Virus record (IMG/VR): IMGVR_UViG_3300030109_004112 | Strand: one strand, 5' to 3' | Origin: an uncultured virus (IMG/VR IMGVR_UViG_3300030109_004112) | Lineage: Duplodnaviria; Heunggongvirae; Uroviricota; Caudoviricetes | DNA length: 20,000 nucleotides | Shown: positions 10,369 through 17,387 of the stretch, piece by piece | Position numbering within the stretch: position 1 is the stretch's first letter | How the letters are laid out: every line of letters starts with the position of its first letter | The notes under the pieces: generated by a model | Seen by the model: only the letters and a program-made list of their open reading frames with translations | Database searches by the model: none | What the model was told of the DNA's origin: nothing | Translations under genes and position numbers: made by a program

Positions 10369-10913
10369 GTAGAGTAGAAGTAGATATTCCCGCCGGGAAG
10401 TCGGGAATATATGAAGTTGCTAACTACAGTAATGAAACCACAAATAAAAACTGGCAAGTGTACCTAGAACTAAAGAGCGAATCACATTCTTCTTACAAGG
10501 TACTACTAAAGGATGGATGTCCGATGCCAATAATGCAAGATTCAGAAGGAGAATATAACGAACACCAGTGGTTATGGGATAATGCTACAGGTGACGTACT
10601 AATAGCAGGTTTAGGTATAGGTCTTGTTAATGAAATGCTAATTAATAATGATAATGTAACTTCTGTTACAATAGTGGAAATATCACAAGATGTAATCGAC
10701 TTGGTTTGGGACCACTGTAAGAAAGACGGTAGGTTCAATTTAGTTAAGGCTGATATAGAAACTTGGGAAATACCGGATGGTTCGTCGTGGGATGTTGCGT
10801 GGTTTGACTCATGGATTAGCGACAACCCCCTAAATACAACGGAATACAAAGACTTAATCAATACCAAATTTGATTCATATTGTAATAAGATGGGTTTTTG
10901 GGGTTCTCTCTAA
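10365..10913 (+). CDS. Class I SAM-dependent methyltransferase (spermidine-synthase-like fold)
   Basis: Motif I GDVLIAGLGIG, acidic motif VTIVEISQDVI, then KADI and WDVAWFDSW. ATGA overlap with the upstream gene. Confidence 0.85.
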   Translation: MSRVEVDIPAGKSGIYEVANYSNETTNKNWQVYLELKSESHSSYKVLLKDGCPMPIMQDSEGEYNEHQWLWDNATGDVLIAGLGIGLVNEMLINNDNVTSVTIVEISQDVIDLVWDHCKKDGRFNLVKADIETWEIPDGSSWDVAWFDSWISDNPLNTTEYKDLINTKFDSYCNKMGFWGSL

Positions 10914-10978
10914 TGGAATATGACGGGGACCCAATTTGGGTAAAGGTTCTCCGAATAATAGGTGTTATAACCAATTAG
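10913..10978 (+). CDS. Possible 21-aa micropeptide MEYDGDPIWVKVLRIIGVITN
   Basis: TAATG stop/start overlap with the methyltransferase gene; it fills most of the intergenic gap. It is too short for the ORF track. Confidence 0.35.
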   Translation: MEYDGDPIWVKVLRIIGVITN

Positions 10979-11007
10979 ACTAAATACGAGGATAAGAAGG
11001 TACGTAC

Positions 11008-11592
11008 ATGCTTGAATACCCACAATGGATAATGTATGAGTCATTCTTAACCGAAGAGGAATGCGATGAACTATTAGACATAGGATTGTCATACCCCCCA
11101 CATATGGGCTCTACATTTAGAACCGGAGAAGAAGAATCGCATGATGAAGAAAACCACGGACATAGAAAGACCCAAATTAGGTGGGTTCCGTTTGATGAAA
11201 CGATAACAAAAAATATATTCTCTAAATTAAGTGAACTAGCGGTCGAAACAAACGAACAATATTTCAATGTTGATTTCGATTTTATGCCCCCATTACAATT
11301 CACAGAATATCTAGAACCGGGACACCACTACGACTTTCATCATGATATTGATTGGAATAGACAAGACGGCAGAAATCGAAAATTGAGTATGGTGATACAG
11401 TTAACAGACCCTAGTGAGTATGAGGGTGGAGATTTACTTTTCAGACACCATGTAAATCCCGATGAAGCAGCCCTAAAGAAAAGAGGCACCATAATATTCT
11501 TCCTTCCTTATAGAGAACACGCGGTAACACCTATTACCGACGGTATTAGGAGAAGTTTCGTGGGTTGGTTTGAAGGACCCAATTGGCGATAA
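11008..11592 (+). CDS. 2OG-Fe(II) oxygenase (prolyl-4-hydroxylase/PKHD-like)
   Basis: FLTEEECDEL, LQFTEY, H-x-D (FHHDID), RKLSMVIQL, YEGGDL, distal His in EHAVTPI, and the 2OG-binding RRS motif. Confidence 0.92.
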   Translation: MLEYPQWIMYESFLTEEECDELLDIGLSYPPHMGSTFRTGEEESHDEENHGHRKTQIRWVPFDETITKNIFSKLSELAVETNEQYFNVDFDFMPPLQFTEYLEPGHHYDFHHDIDWNRQDGRNRKLSMVIQLTDPSEYEGGDLLFRHHVNPDEAALKKRGTIIFFLPYREHAVTPITDGIRRSFVGWFEGPNWR

Positions 11593-11622
11593 TTCATCTA
11601 TCACCAAAGATAGTTACGTACT

Positions 11623-11976
11623 ATGAGAGATAGCACCATAGCATATTTTATTGCGTTTATTTTCTTGGCTACGTTAGTAACCCCTAGTCATTACACCACC
11701 CCACAAGGCGTAGTAAATCCATTGGATTGTTCCACAATATATGGAACGGTAGTAGGTAAGACACAGGACGAAACCGGAAACATTCTCTATGTAGATTTGG
11801 ATTACAAAAATGAAATAAGGGGCTATCGGGTATATGTGAGCCCGGAGTCCTACCAAGAATTCAATCTCAATGAAACATATCACGAAAAAATATGTAATAC
11901 ATGGGATTATGATGTTGGGGTAGAAAACCTCATAAACAATCTTACTGCTTGGGGTATCGTGGAGTTGCTATCGTGA
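11623..11976 (+). CDS. Hypothetical membrane-anchored/secreted protein
   Basis: N-terminal hydrophobic helix IAYFIAFIFLATLV followed by a small beta domain with two Cys. Confidence 0.6.
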   Translation: MRDSTIAYFIAFIFLATLVTPSHYTTPQGVVNPLDCSTIYGTVVGKTQDETGNILYVDLDYKNEIRGYRVYVSPESYQEFNLNETYHEKICNTWDYDVGVENLINNLTAWGIVELLS

Positions 11977-12170
11977 GTGATTCTTGGGAGCCAAAACGGG
12001 TTTTGAGGGCGGGTAAAATTGTATATATGCCTCCCGAAAAATCATTTACCAATGTGAACATTGAAGAGACACCCCATGGCTACAAGATTTACCGGAAGGG
12101 GTCGGACAAGGCATTTACTGTAATACCGACCTCTGCTATGAAACAAATTGTTTATGAAAGAGAGGGATGA
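11973..12170 (+). CDS. Hypothetical small beta-barrel-like protein (65 aa)
   Basis: The GTG start at 11973 overlaps the upstream stop (GTGA), and its own stop overlaps the next ATG (ATGA). Confidence 0.6.
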   Translation: MSDSWEPKRVLRAGKIVYMPPEKSFTNVNIEETPHGYKIYRKGSDKAFTVIPTSAMKQIVYEREG

Positions 12171-12547
12171 AAATGTTGGAGAATAATACAACAATAGAAG
12201 AGTGTGTGGTAGATTGTATAGAGGCGGCTTCATCGTCCCTCCTTGATGATATAGAGGTAATATTGATTTCTATAGGTGTGTTGCTTGGTATTGCCGTTTG
12301 GGCAAAGCAGAAGTATGCGTCTATGATGGCCGATGGTAGCATCAGCCTAGAAGAATTGGTTGACTCAGTAGGAGAGGCCAAGGAAAAGGCCGCAGAAGCA
12401 GAAGAGGCAATTGAGGACATAGAGAAGGCTCTTTCTTCTCACAATGTCTCTGAATTGAAGGCTATGCTAAAGGAAGCAGGTCTTTCCGTTAGCGGGAAGA
12501 AGGCAGACCTTGTTGCTAGGCTTGAAGCACACAGAAACAGCGAATAA
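12167..12547 (+). CDS. Membrane protein with C-terminal SAP domain
   Basis: TM helix VILISIGVLLGIAVWA, an EF-hand-like ADGSISLEEL, an acidic coiled coil, and the SAP consensus HNVSELKAMLKEAGLSVSGKKADLVARLEAH. Confidence 0.8.
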   Translation: MKMLENNTTIEECVVDCIEAASSSLLDDIEVILISIGVLLGIAVWAKQKYASMMADGSISLEELVDSVGEAKEKAAEAEEAIEDIEKALSSHNVSELKAMLKEAGLSVSGKKADLVARLEAHRNSE

Positions 12548-12571
12548 CGGGGTCCATAAGGACGTGCCTAG

Positions 12572-12823
12572 ATGAGCAAAGAAGAAGTTTTTGATATAAG
12601 ACTTACTAACGTCGAAACCCGCCTAGATAAGCACGAAGAAATGCTTTCCACTATGCTAGAACAGCACGGAGAGATGAAAACTGGTATAACAGAAGTGGCT
12701 ACTGAACTCAGAGTCACTAATGAAATACTAAATACAATGATGAGACACCAACAGAGAATAGTTATGTCTCTAATAGCAATAATCAGCGGGGTTTTACTTG
12801 GGGCTAACTACATCCTTGGGTGA
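12572..12823 (+). CDS. Coiled-coil protein with C-terminal TM helix (XhlA/holin-like)
   Basis: Heptad region RLTNVETRLDKHEEML and hydrophobic tail IVMSLIAIISGVLLG, the architecture of XhlA-like phage membrane proteins. Confidence 0.55.
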   Translation: MSKEEVFDIRLTNVETRLDKHEEMLSTMLEQHGEMKTGITEVATELRVTNEILNTMMRHQQRIVMSLIAIISGVLLGANYILG

Positions 12824-12827
12824 GACG

Positions 12828-13028
12828 TTGGATAACGAAATGAAAAAACAAATAAAATACTCATCAGACCGACTATACGGTTTGGAGATAAGGTGTGGTA
12901 ACATTGAAAACACACTTAAGACAATAGAAAGACGACAGAAGCGTATGCTTTTTGTGATTAAGGTGGTGATTTTTCTTGACTTACTATTGTTCGGCATCCG
13001 ATGTTGGCATGAGATTGGGCTTGAATAG
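12828..13028 (+). CDS. Second small coiled-coil + TM protein
   Basis: Probable TTG start at 12828 after GGTGA (alternative ATG at 12840). RLYGLEIRCGNIENTLKTIE is followed by MLFVIKVVIFLDLLLFGI. Confidence 0.45.
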   Translation: MDNEMKKQIKYSSDRLYGLEIRCGNIENTLKTIERRQKRMLFVIKVVIFLDLLLFGIRCWHEIGLE

Positions 13029-13512
13029 TGCTCAAAGAACTGCGGCTAGTAGCAAGATAACTTCGGTTATCAGAAGGGCTAGCATAGACATAGACCAAAC
13101 ATATAGAGACTATGGAAGAAGCGCACCCTCCAAAAGCATAGCCTCATCAACGCTCAACGGCGGCATTTCTGCCGGTGCTACCACAGTGACCCTAGCAAGC
13201 GCGTCGTCCTTTGGTACGGCCGGAAATGGTGATATAGACGGTGATTCATTCGCATGGACGGGTAAGTCATCAAATGACCTTACCGGATGTACTGGAATCA
13301 GCGCAGACCACCTCACTGGTACTGCTGTTAATGAGGGAGAAGAGGCACACGTTCTCCGTGAGATATGTGCTGATTTAGCAGCGTCTCTATATTTTGAAGA
13401 TGAGGCCCTTTTCCAAACTACGGGTACACCCGGCGGTATTCGGGGTACTGCTATGAATGAAAGAGGTACTGAGAACCTAAGACGACTAGCACACCTCGGT
13501 TCAGTTGATTGA
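12976..13512 (+). CDS. Putative head-tail adaptor/connector 2 with inserted beta-domain
   Basis: TTG start after GGTGAT. MTYYCSASDV...IRRASIDID...LREICADLAASLY is a typical adaptor (gp6/gp15/Mu gp36-like) pattern, with an internal Ser/Thr/Gly-rich insertion. Confidence 0.7.
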   Translation: MTYYCSASDVGMRLGLNSAQRTAASSKITSVIRRASIDIDQTYRDYGRSAPSKSIASSTLNGGISAGATTVTLASASSFGTAGNGDIDGDSFAWTGKSSNDLTGCTGISADHLTGTAVNEGEEAHVLREICADLAASLYFEDEALFQTTGTPGGIRGTAMNERGTENLRRLAHLGSVD

Positions 13513-13521
13513 GGGGTATAG

Positions 13522-14205
13522 ATGAAATTATTTCCAGACTCACATATGATGAATTTTGAAATGGAGGCGGCGGGAGTATCTCGTTCCTCCAATATATTCA
13601 AAGACATAATCAAGGAAAATTTAGACCACTTCATGAAATATGAAATGAGTCATATTCTGTATGACTATTACACTGAACTAGGTGAGAAAGAGGAAGTAAG
13701 AATACACAACGACCTGATGAGGAAAAGCAAGGGTTCAGGCGATATTTACCAAAGAGTAGCGGAAAACATGATTAGTTTGGTTATGCATACTGGCTCACAA
13801 AAGTATCTTGAATCAGTAATTCTTGAAATAGGGGCCTCGGATGCCGGTGCTGCTGATATAGGAGCCGGCGTTACGGGTAGTAGGGGTGAGGATATTGCCG
13901 GAATACTACAATACGGAAAGAGAGAAGGAAAGGAACTAAGTAAAGACATATTGGCGAAACCCACGGTTGGTGCAATAAGGAGAAGGCTTTTCGGTGAATA
14001 TGCGAAAAGGGCTAGACCCGGACAAGGTAGGGGTGGTGGCAACTTCCTACTACCCGAAGGGTGGAAAAGCCCTGAGTTTGAAGGAATAGATTTCTTGGGT
14101 AAATCGGAAGAGAGGCTGAGAAAGGTACACGAAGGGCCACAACTACGTAATATAATCAAACAGAGATTAGCACAATACAAATTCCCGAAGGGGGGTAGGA
14201 AATAA
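13522..14205 (+). CDS. Putative neck/tail-completion protein (HK97 gp10-like)
   Basis: Lies between the adaptor and the terminator. Basic, with IAGILQYG and DFLGKSEERL weakly recalling gp10-family motifs. Confidence 0.45.
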   Translation: MKLFPDSHMMNFEMEAAGVSRSSNIFKDIIKENLDHFMKYEMSHILYDYYTELGEKEEVRIHNDLMRKSKGSGDIYQRVAENMISLVMHTGSQKYLESVILEIGASDAGAADIGAGVTGSRGEDIAGILQYGKREGKELSKDILAKPTVGAIRRRLFGEYAKRARPGQGRGGGNFLLPEGWKSPEFEGIDFLGKSEERLRKVHEGPQLRNIIKQRLAQYKFPKGGRK

Positions 14206-15290
14206 TGGCAATAGCAACTACATCAGAATATTGGAATTCAAGGATGAATGGCACTGACCCCACAGATTTACCGGGCATAGCACAATTCCAACAAGATTGG
14301 ACTTTGACCGGTAATGCTGCTGCTGCTAGCGGTGATTACTGGCAAATAACTAACAACTCCGTGTATAGCATTGCACCAAGCGCAGACTACACCGAATATA
14401 CCCTAGTTTCTAGTTTCATATTTAGTGATGCTGCCAACATCCCTAATGCCGGTACAGTACTTATGTCTCTAGATAACGGTACACACAAGGTAGAAGTGAA
14501 ATCTAAGGGAAATGCCTCTACATTGGATTTGGTGGGTGCTACAACTACCACTACGGAAGACTTAGATTTGGCTATGGCCGAAGATGACCCAGTAGCCATA
14601 GTACTTAGGCTGACCCTAGACTCTTCGGGTACTGCTAATCTCTATATGCGTGAACTAATAGACGATGATAATGGAACACAGCACTATATTTCTGTTACTG
14701 GTGCTAGTGGCAGTGGTCGTTCTGTTAAGTGGGGTAATGATGATGGTACTGTTAAGTGGGCTTCTACTTACTATTCTCAATTCGGTGCGTTCTCTCCAAA
14801 CGAAATGATGCTCTCTGACTATGCAACAAACACTCTTTCAAGAATGGGTCTAAGTATCGTTGATTTATTGAAGAATAGCAAGAGGCTGTACTTGAAAACA
14901 CAAGTGAATGATGCTAGCATAATGTATGGTTTCGATTTATCAGCCGATATGTTGAGTAGAAGCATAGCACCCATGGTTCATGTGGTGATGCCATCCATGA
15001 GTACCCCGGAGTTTCTTACCCTAGGCGCATCAAAGGTCAAGCAAACCTACGATATAGAGGTCTATGTAACTACTAGGGGTACCAATTACGAAAACGCATA
15101 CCGTGATGGTTTGAATATAGCCGGGGAGATATTTGATGAATTATTCACAAAAACTGGCGTTAATGCTACTACTGATAGCATAATAGCATATAATTCAGAG
15201 TTTGACGTGAAACTAGACAATGATGATACGATATGCACCCACAGGCTTAGGTTCACATACATGCGTTTGATAGACATGAGGCAACGATGA
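14205..15290 (+). CDS. Putative tail terminator fused to an N-terminal beta-sandwich domain
   Basis: Directly upstream of the tail tube gene. The C-terminal ~150 aa (helix, PMVHVV, YDIEVYV, helix, HRLRFTY) follows the tail-terminator pattern; the N-terminal ~200 aa is beta-rich. TAATG overlap. Confidence 0.6.
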   Translation: MAIATTSEYWNSRMNGTDPTDLPGIAQFQQDWTLTGNAAAASGDYWQITNNSVYSIAPSADYTEYTLVSSFIFSDAANIPNAGTVLMSLDNGTHKVEVKSKGNASTLDLVGATTTTTEDLDLAMAEDDPVAIVLRLTLDSSGTANLYMRELIDDDNGTQHYISVTGASGSGRSVKWGNDDGTVKWASTYYSQFGAFSPNEMMLSDYATNTLSRMGLSIVDLLKNSKRLYLKTQVNDASIMYGFDLSADMLSRSIAPMVHVVMPSMSTPEFLTLGASKVKQTYDIEVYVTTRGTNYENAYRDGLNIAGEIFDELFTKTGVNATTDSIIAYNSEFDVKLDNDDTICTHRLRFTYMRLIDMRQR

Positions 15291-15305
15291 AACCCTTAAG
15301 TATCA
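15289..15305 (+). promoter_or_regulatory. Putative archaeal BRE/TATA promoter for tail genes
   Basis: GAAACCC-TTAAGTA-TCA at the start of a 51-nt intergenic gap, followed by GGAGAGGT SD and the tail tube ATG at 15342. Confidence 0.5.
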
Positions 15306-15341
15306 CAGTATTAGTGAAAGAAGTATAGGAGAGGTAACTAG

Positions 15342-16361
15342 ATGCCGGATTTTCTAAATAGATATGTTGGAATAGGTAAGGAGACTGGCGGCTACGGAGT
15401 AGACCCCGGTTCCTATACCTTTGGAGAAGTAGACTCAGAAAGTATGAAAGACACGTTTGACGTTCTCGTGAGAGAGGATATGTCACGCCCAGTAGCCGCA
15501 AAGGCAGTACAGGGGAAGGAATATAGCGAGGGGGACATTAACCTAGCCCTCCAATCGGACGATTTCGTTGGTAAGGTTCTTTCCGGTTTCTTCCCACAAG
15601 ACGTAGTGACTACAGACACGGTTAAGGTACATACCATGGAAGAGCCACCACTCGGACCATACAACACCACTACAGCCTACCCATCATTTACTATGGTTAT
15701 AGGAAGAGAGGGCAAGAGCCACAAATACACAGGTCTTTGTGCTAACTCACTAAACATTTCCGCAAACGTAGGCGAATACGTTATGATGACCGCCGGTTTC
15801 TACGGCAAGTCAGAGAGCGCGGTTGGCAATCTACTAACTGCAACTTTCGACCAACTAAGCCTAAATGCCATGCACTTCGCGGGCGGCCAAATCACCTTTG
15901 CGGGCGGTGCGGCAGTAGCGAATATCAAGTCAGTAGATTTCAGCATCAATCTAAACGGCGATATGGATAACGCATACGGAATCGGTTCTAACACCCTTGC
16001 TCGTGCTCCACCCAAGCAAAGAAGGGAGATTACCGGTACTGCCGAATTCAACCAAGTTGTCTATACGGCAACCGCAAACGAGCCTACCTACACTGAGTTG
16101 ATAGGCGGCCTTGACGACGGTTCATCAGGTAGCGGTACTTCCGCTATGACCCTTAAGTTTGTTGGCGATACCGCTAACGAATACGTACAGTTCGACTTCT
16201 ATCACCTATTTTGGGATGCACCAGACGCATCGGTTAGTGGTAGGGACACCAACACCATGACGGCAGGATTCACTGGTCTTTTCAATCCGGATACCGGAGA
16301 AGACAACAAGGCTATGAGATGCACCATAAAGGGTGCTTCTCTACAAGCCTCCCCCTATTGA
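15342..16361 (+). CDS. Major tail (tube) protein
   Basis: 339 aa. RYVGIGKET..YG, SEGDINL, PSFTMVIGRE, KYTGLCANSLNISANVGE and QRREITGTAEF are typical tail-tube segments. It precedes the chaperone and tape measure genes. Confidence 0.85.
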   Translation: MPDFLNRYVGIGKETGGYGVDPGSYTFGEVDSESMKDTFDVLVREDMSRPVAAKAVQGKEYSEGDINLALQSDDFVGKVLSGFFPQDVVTTDTVKVHTMEEPPLGPYNTTTAYPSFTMVIGREGKSHKYTGLCANSLNISANVGEYVMMTAGFYGKSESAVGNLLTATFDQLSLNAMHFAGGQITFAGGAAVANIKSVDFSINLNGDMDNAYGIGSNTLARAPPKQRREITGTAEFNQVVYTATANEPTYTELIGGLDDGSSGSGTSAMTLKFVGDTANEYVQFDFYHLFWDAPDASVSGRDTNTMTAGFTGLFNPDTGEDNKAMRCTIKGASLQASPY

Positions 16362-16370
16362 GGTGTTTAG

Positions 16371-16568
16371 ATGGCAAATAATGGTGGAACAGTAATTACA
16401 GATACCGATAAATTGATGGTTTCTGCTTTTAATGGTACTGCCGCAGAGGTTCAAACAGCATTTAGGGCCGCTTTGGCCGATGCTGATGTAGTAATATCTT
16501 GTGATACTACTAGGAAAAAGGATAGCGATTACATTACATTGACCGTAGTATGGTATGATGTAGCATAA
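16371..16568 (+). CDS. Hypothetical 65-aa protein
   Basis: SD GAGGTG and a compact beta-alpha-beta-beta pattern; directly after the tail tube gene. Confidence 0.7.
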   Translation: MANNGGTVITDTDKLMVSAFNGTAAEVQTAFRAALADADVVISCDTTRKKDSDYITLTVVWYDVA

Positions 16569-16583
16569 TAGAAGGTGTAAAAT

Positions 16584-16739
16584 ATGAGTGAGACGTATGA
16601 AAATGAAGATGGCGTTTGGGAGCGAAAGATTGTCGGTGGTAGAATTATTGATACCCTAGTAGAGCCTAAGAAGAAGAAGGCTTCTGCTAAGAAGACAGCA
16701 GCGAAGAAGGGGGCAAAGAAGAGTGCCAGTTCTAAGTAA
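16584..16739 (+). CDS. 51-aa protein with Lys/Ala-rich (histone H1-like) tail; absent from ORF track
   Basis: AAGGTG upstream. Translates as MSETYENEDGVWERKIVGGRIIDTLVEPKKKKASAKKTAAKKGAKKSASSK-stop and fills the gap between its neighbours. Confidence 0.7.
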   Translation: MSETYENEDGVWERKIVGGRIIDTLVEPKKKKASAKKTAAKKGAKKSASSK

Positions 16740-17076
16740 AGAAATTGAATTAGATGACGGTTCTAAGATTCTCGTCCGGCAAGCGTCCGGTAGAGAGAAG
16801 ATTGGTTTAGAGAGCCGACAGGCCCGCGTATTCCGAAAGTTTAGGCATTTCGGACAACCCGAATCTTGGACGGAAGACCAACAGTTTGAGTTCTCTGATG
16901 CACTAGATGATGAAGAGGCAGGTATCGCTACACAGATAGAGACGTGGCTTCCTCTTTGTATTATAGATGAGGAAAAGAGCATAGATGACTTGAATACAGC
17001 AGAAATGCTTAGAGTCTTGGCCTTTATTCGTGGGGATGATGAAATAGCACCGGAAGGTGCCTCCCCTTTGGAATAG
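16723..17076 (+). CDS. Tail assembly chaperone (lambda gpG-like)
   Basis: Acidic 117-aa ORF between the tail tube and tape measure genes, ending in a slippery heptamer. Confidence 0.75.
   Translation: MPVLSKEIELDDGSKILVRQASGREKIGLESRQARVFRKFRHFGQPESWTEDQQFEFSDALDDEEAGIATQIETWLPLCIIDEEKSIDDLNTAEMLRVLAFIRGDDEIAPEGASPLE
17064..17070 (+). other. -1 programmed ribosomal frameshift site C CCT TTG
   Basis: XXXYYYZ heptamer in the correct codon phase, one sense codon (GAA) before the TAG. The -1 frame is open from here into ORF 17103-17387. Confidence 0.8.
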
Positions 17077-17387
17077 CCTTTAGGGCTCTTCCAACAGTCT
17101 GTATGGCCTTCAAAGGTTCCGTACCCTCTGATTTGTATTACAGATACCAAGACGAGGGCGGCTTTAGTAGGTTAGAGTTAGACCTACACGTTGCTTCTGA
17201 AATAAACGACAGAATAAGCGAAGCCACAGAAAACGCCAAAAAGGGTGACGGAAAGGGGGCAGTAGCGAGAGCAAGACAGAGACAACAACAAAGAAAACAA
17301 TTAAGCAACAAACAATTCATGGAATCAATGAGAGATAGCGGAGTCCCTATCGTGGGTAAAGAGAGTGTAGAGGGCGAGAGTAGATGA
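17064..17387 (+). CDS. Frameshift extension of tail assembly chaperone (gpGT-like C-terminal part)
   Basis: The -1 frame reads PFGIAFRALPTVCMAFKGSVPSDLY... with no stop until 17385-17387. There is no obvious SD before ATG 17103. Confidence 0.75.
   Translation, partial: PFGIAFRALPTVCMAFKGSVPSDLYYRYQDEGGFSRLELDLHVASEINDRISEATENAKKGDGKGAVARARQRQQQRKQLSNKQFMESMRDSGVPIVGKESVEGESR

Noticed and set aside
10365..10913. Methyltransferase as a DNA methylase explaining the motif avoidance
   Set aside because: It lacks DPPY/NPPY or PCQ catalytic motifs; the pattern fits small-molecule or protein methyltransferases.
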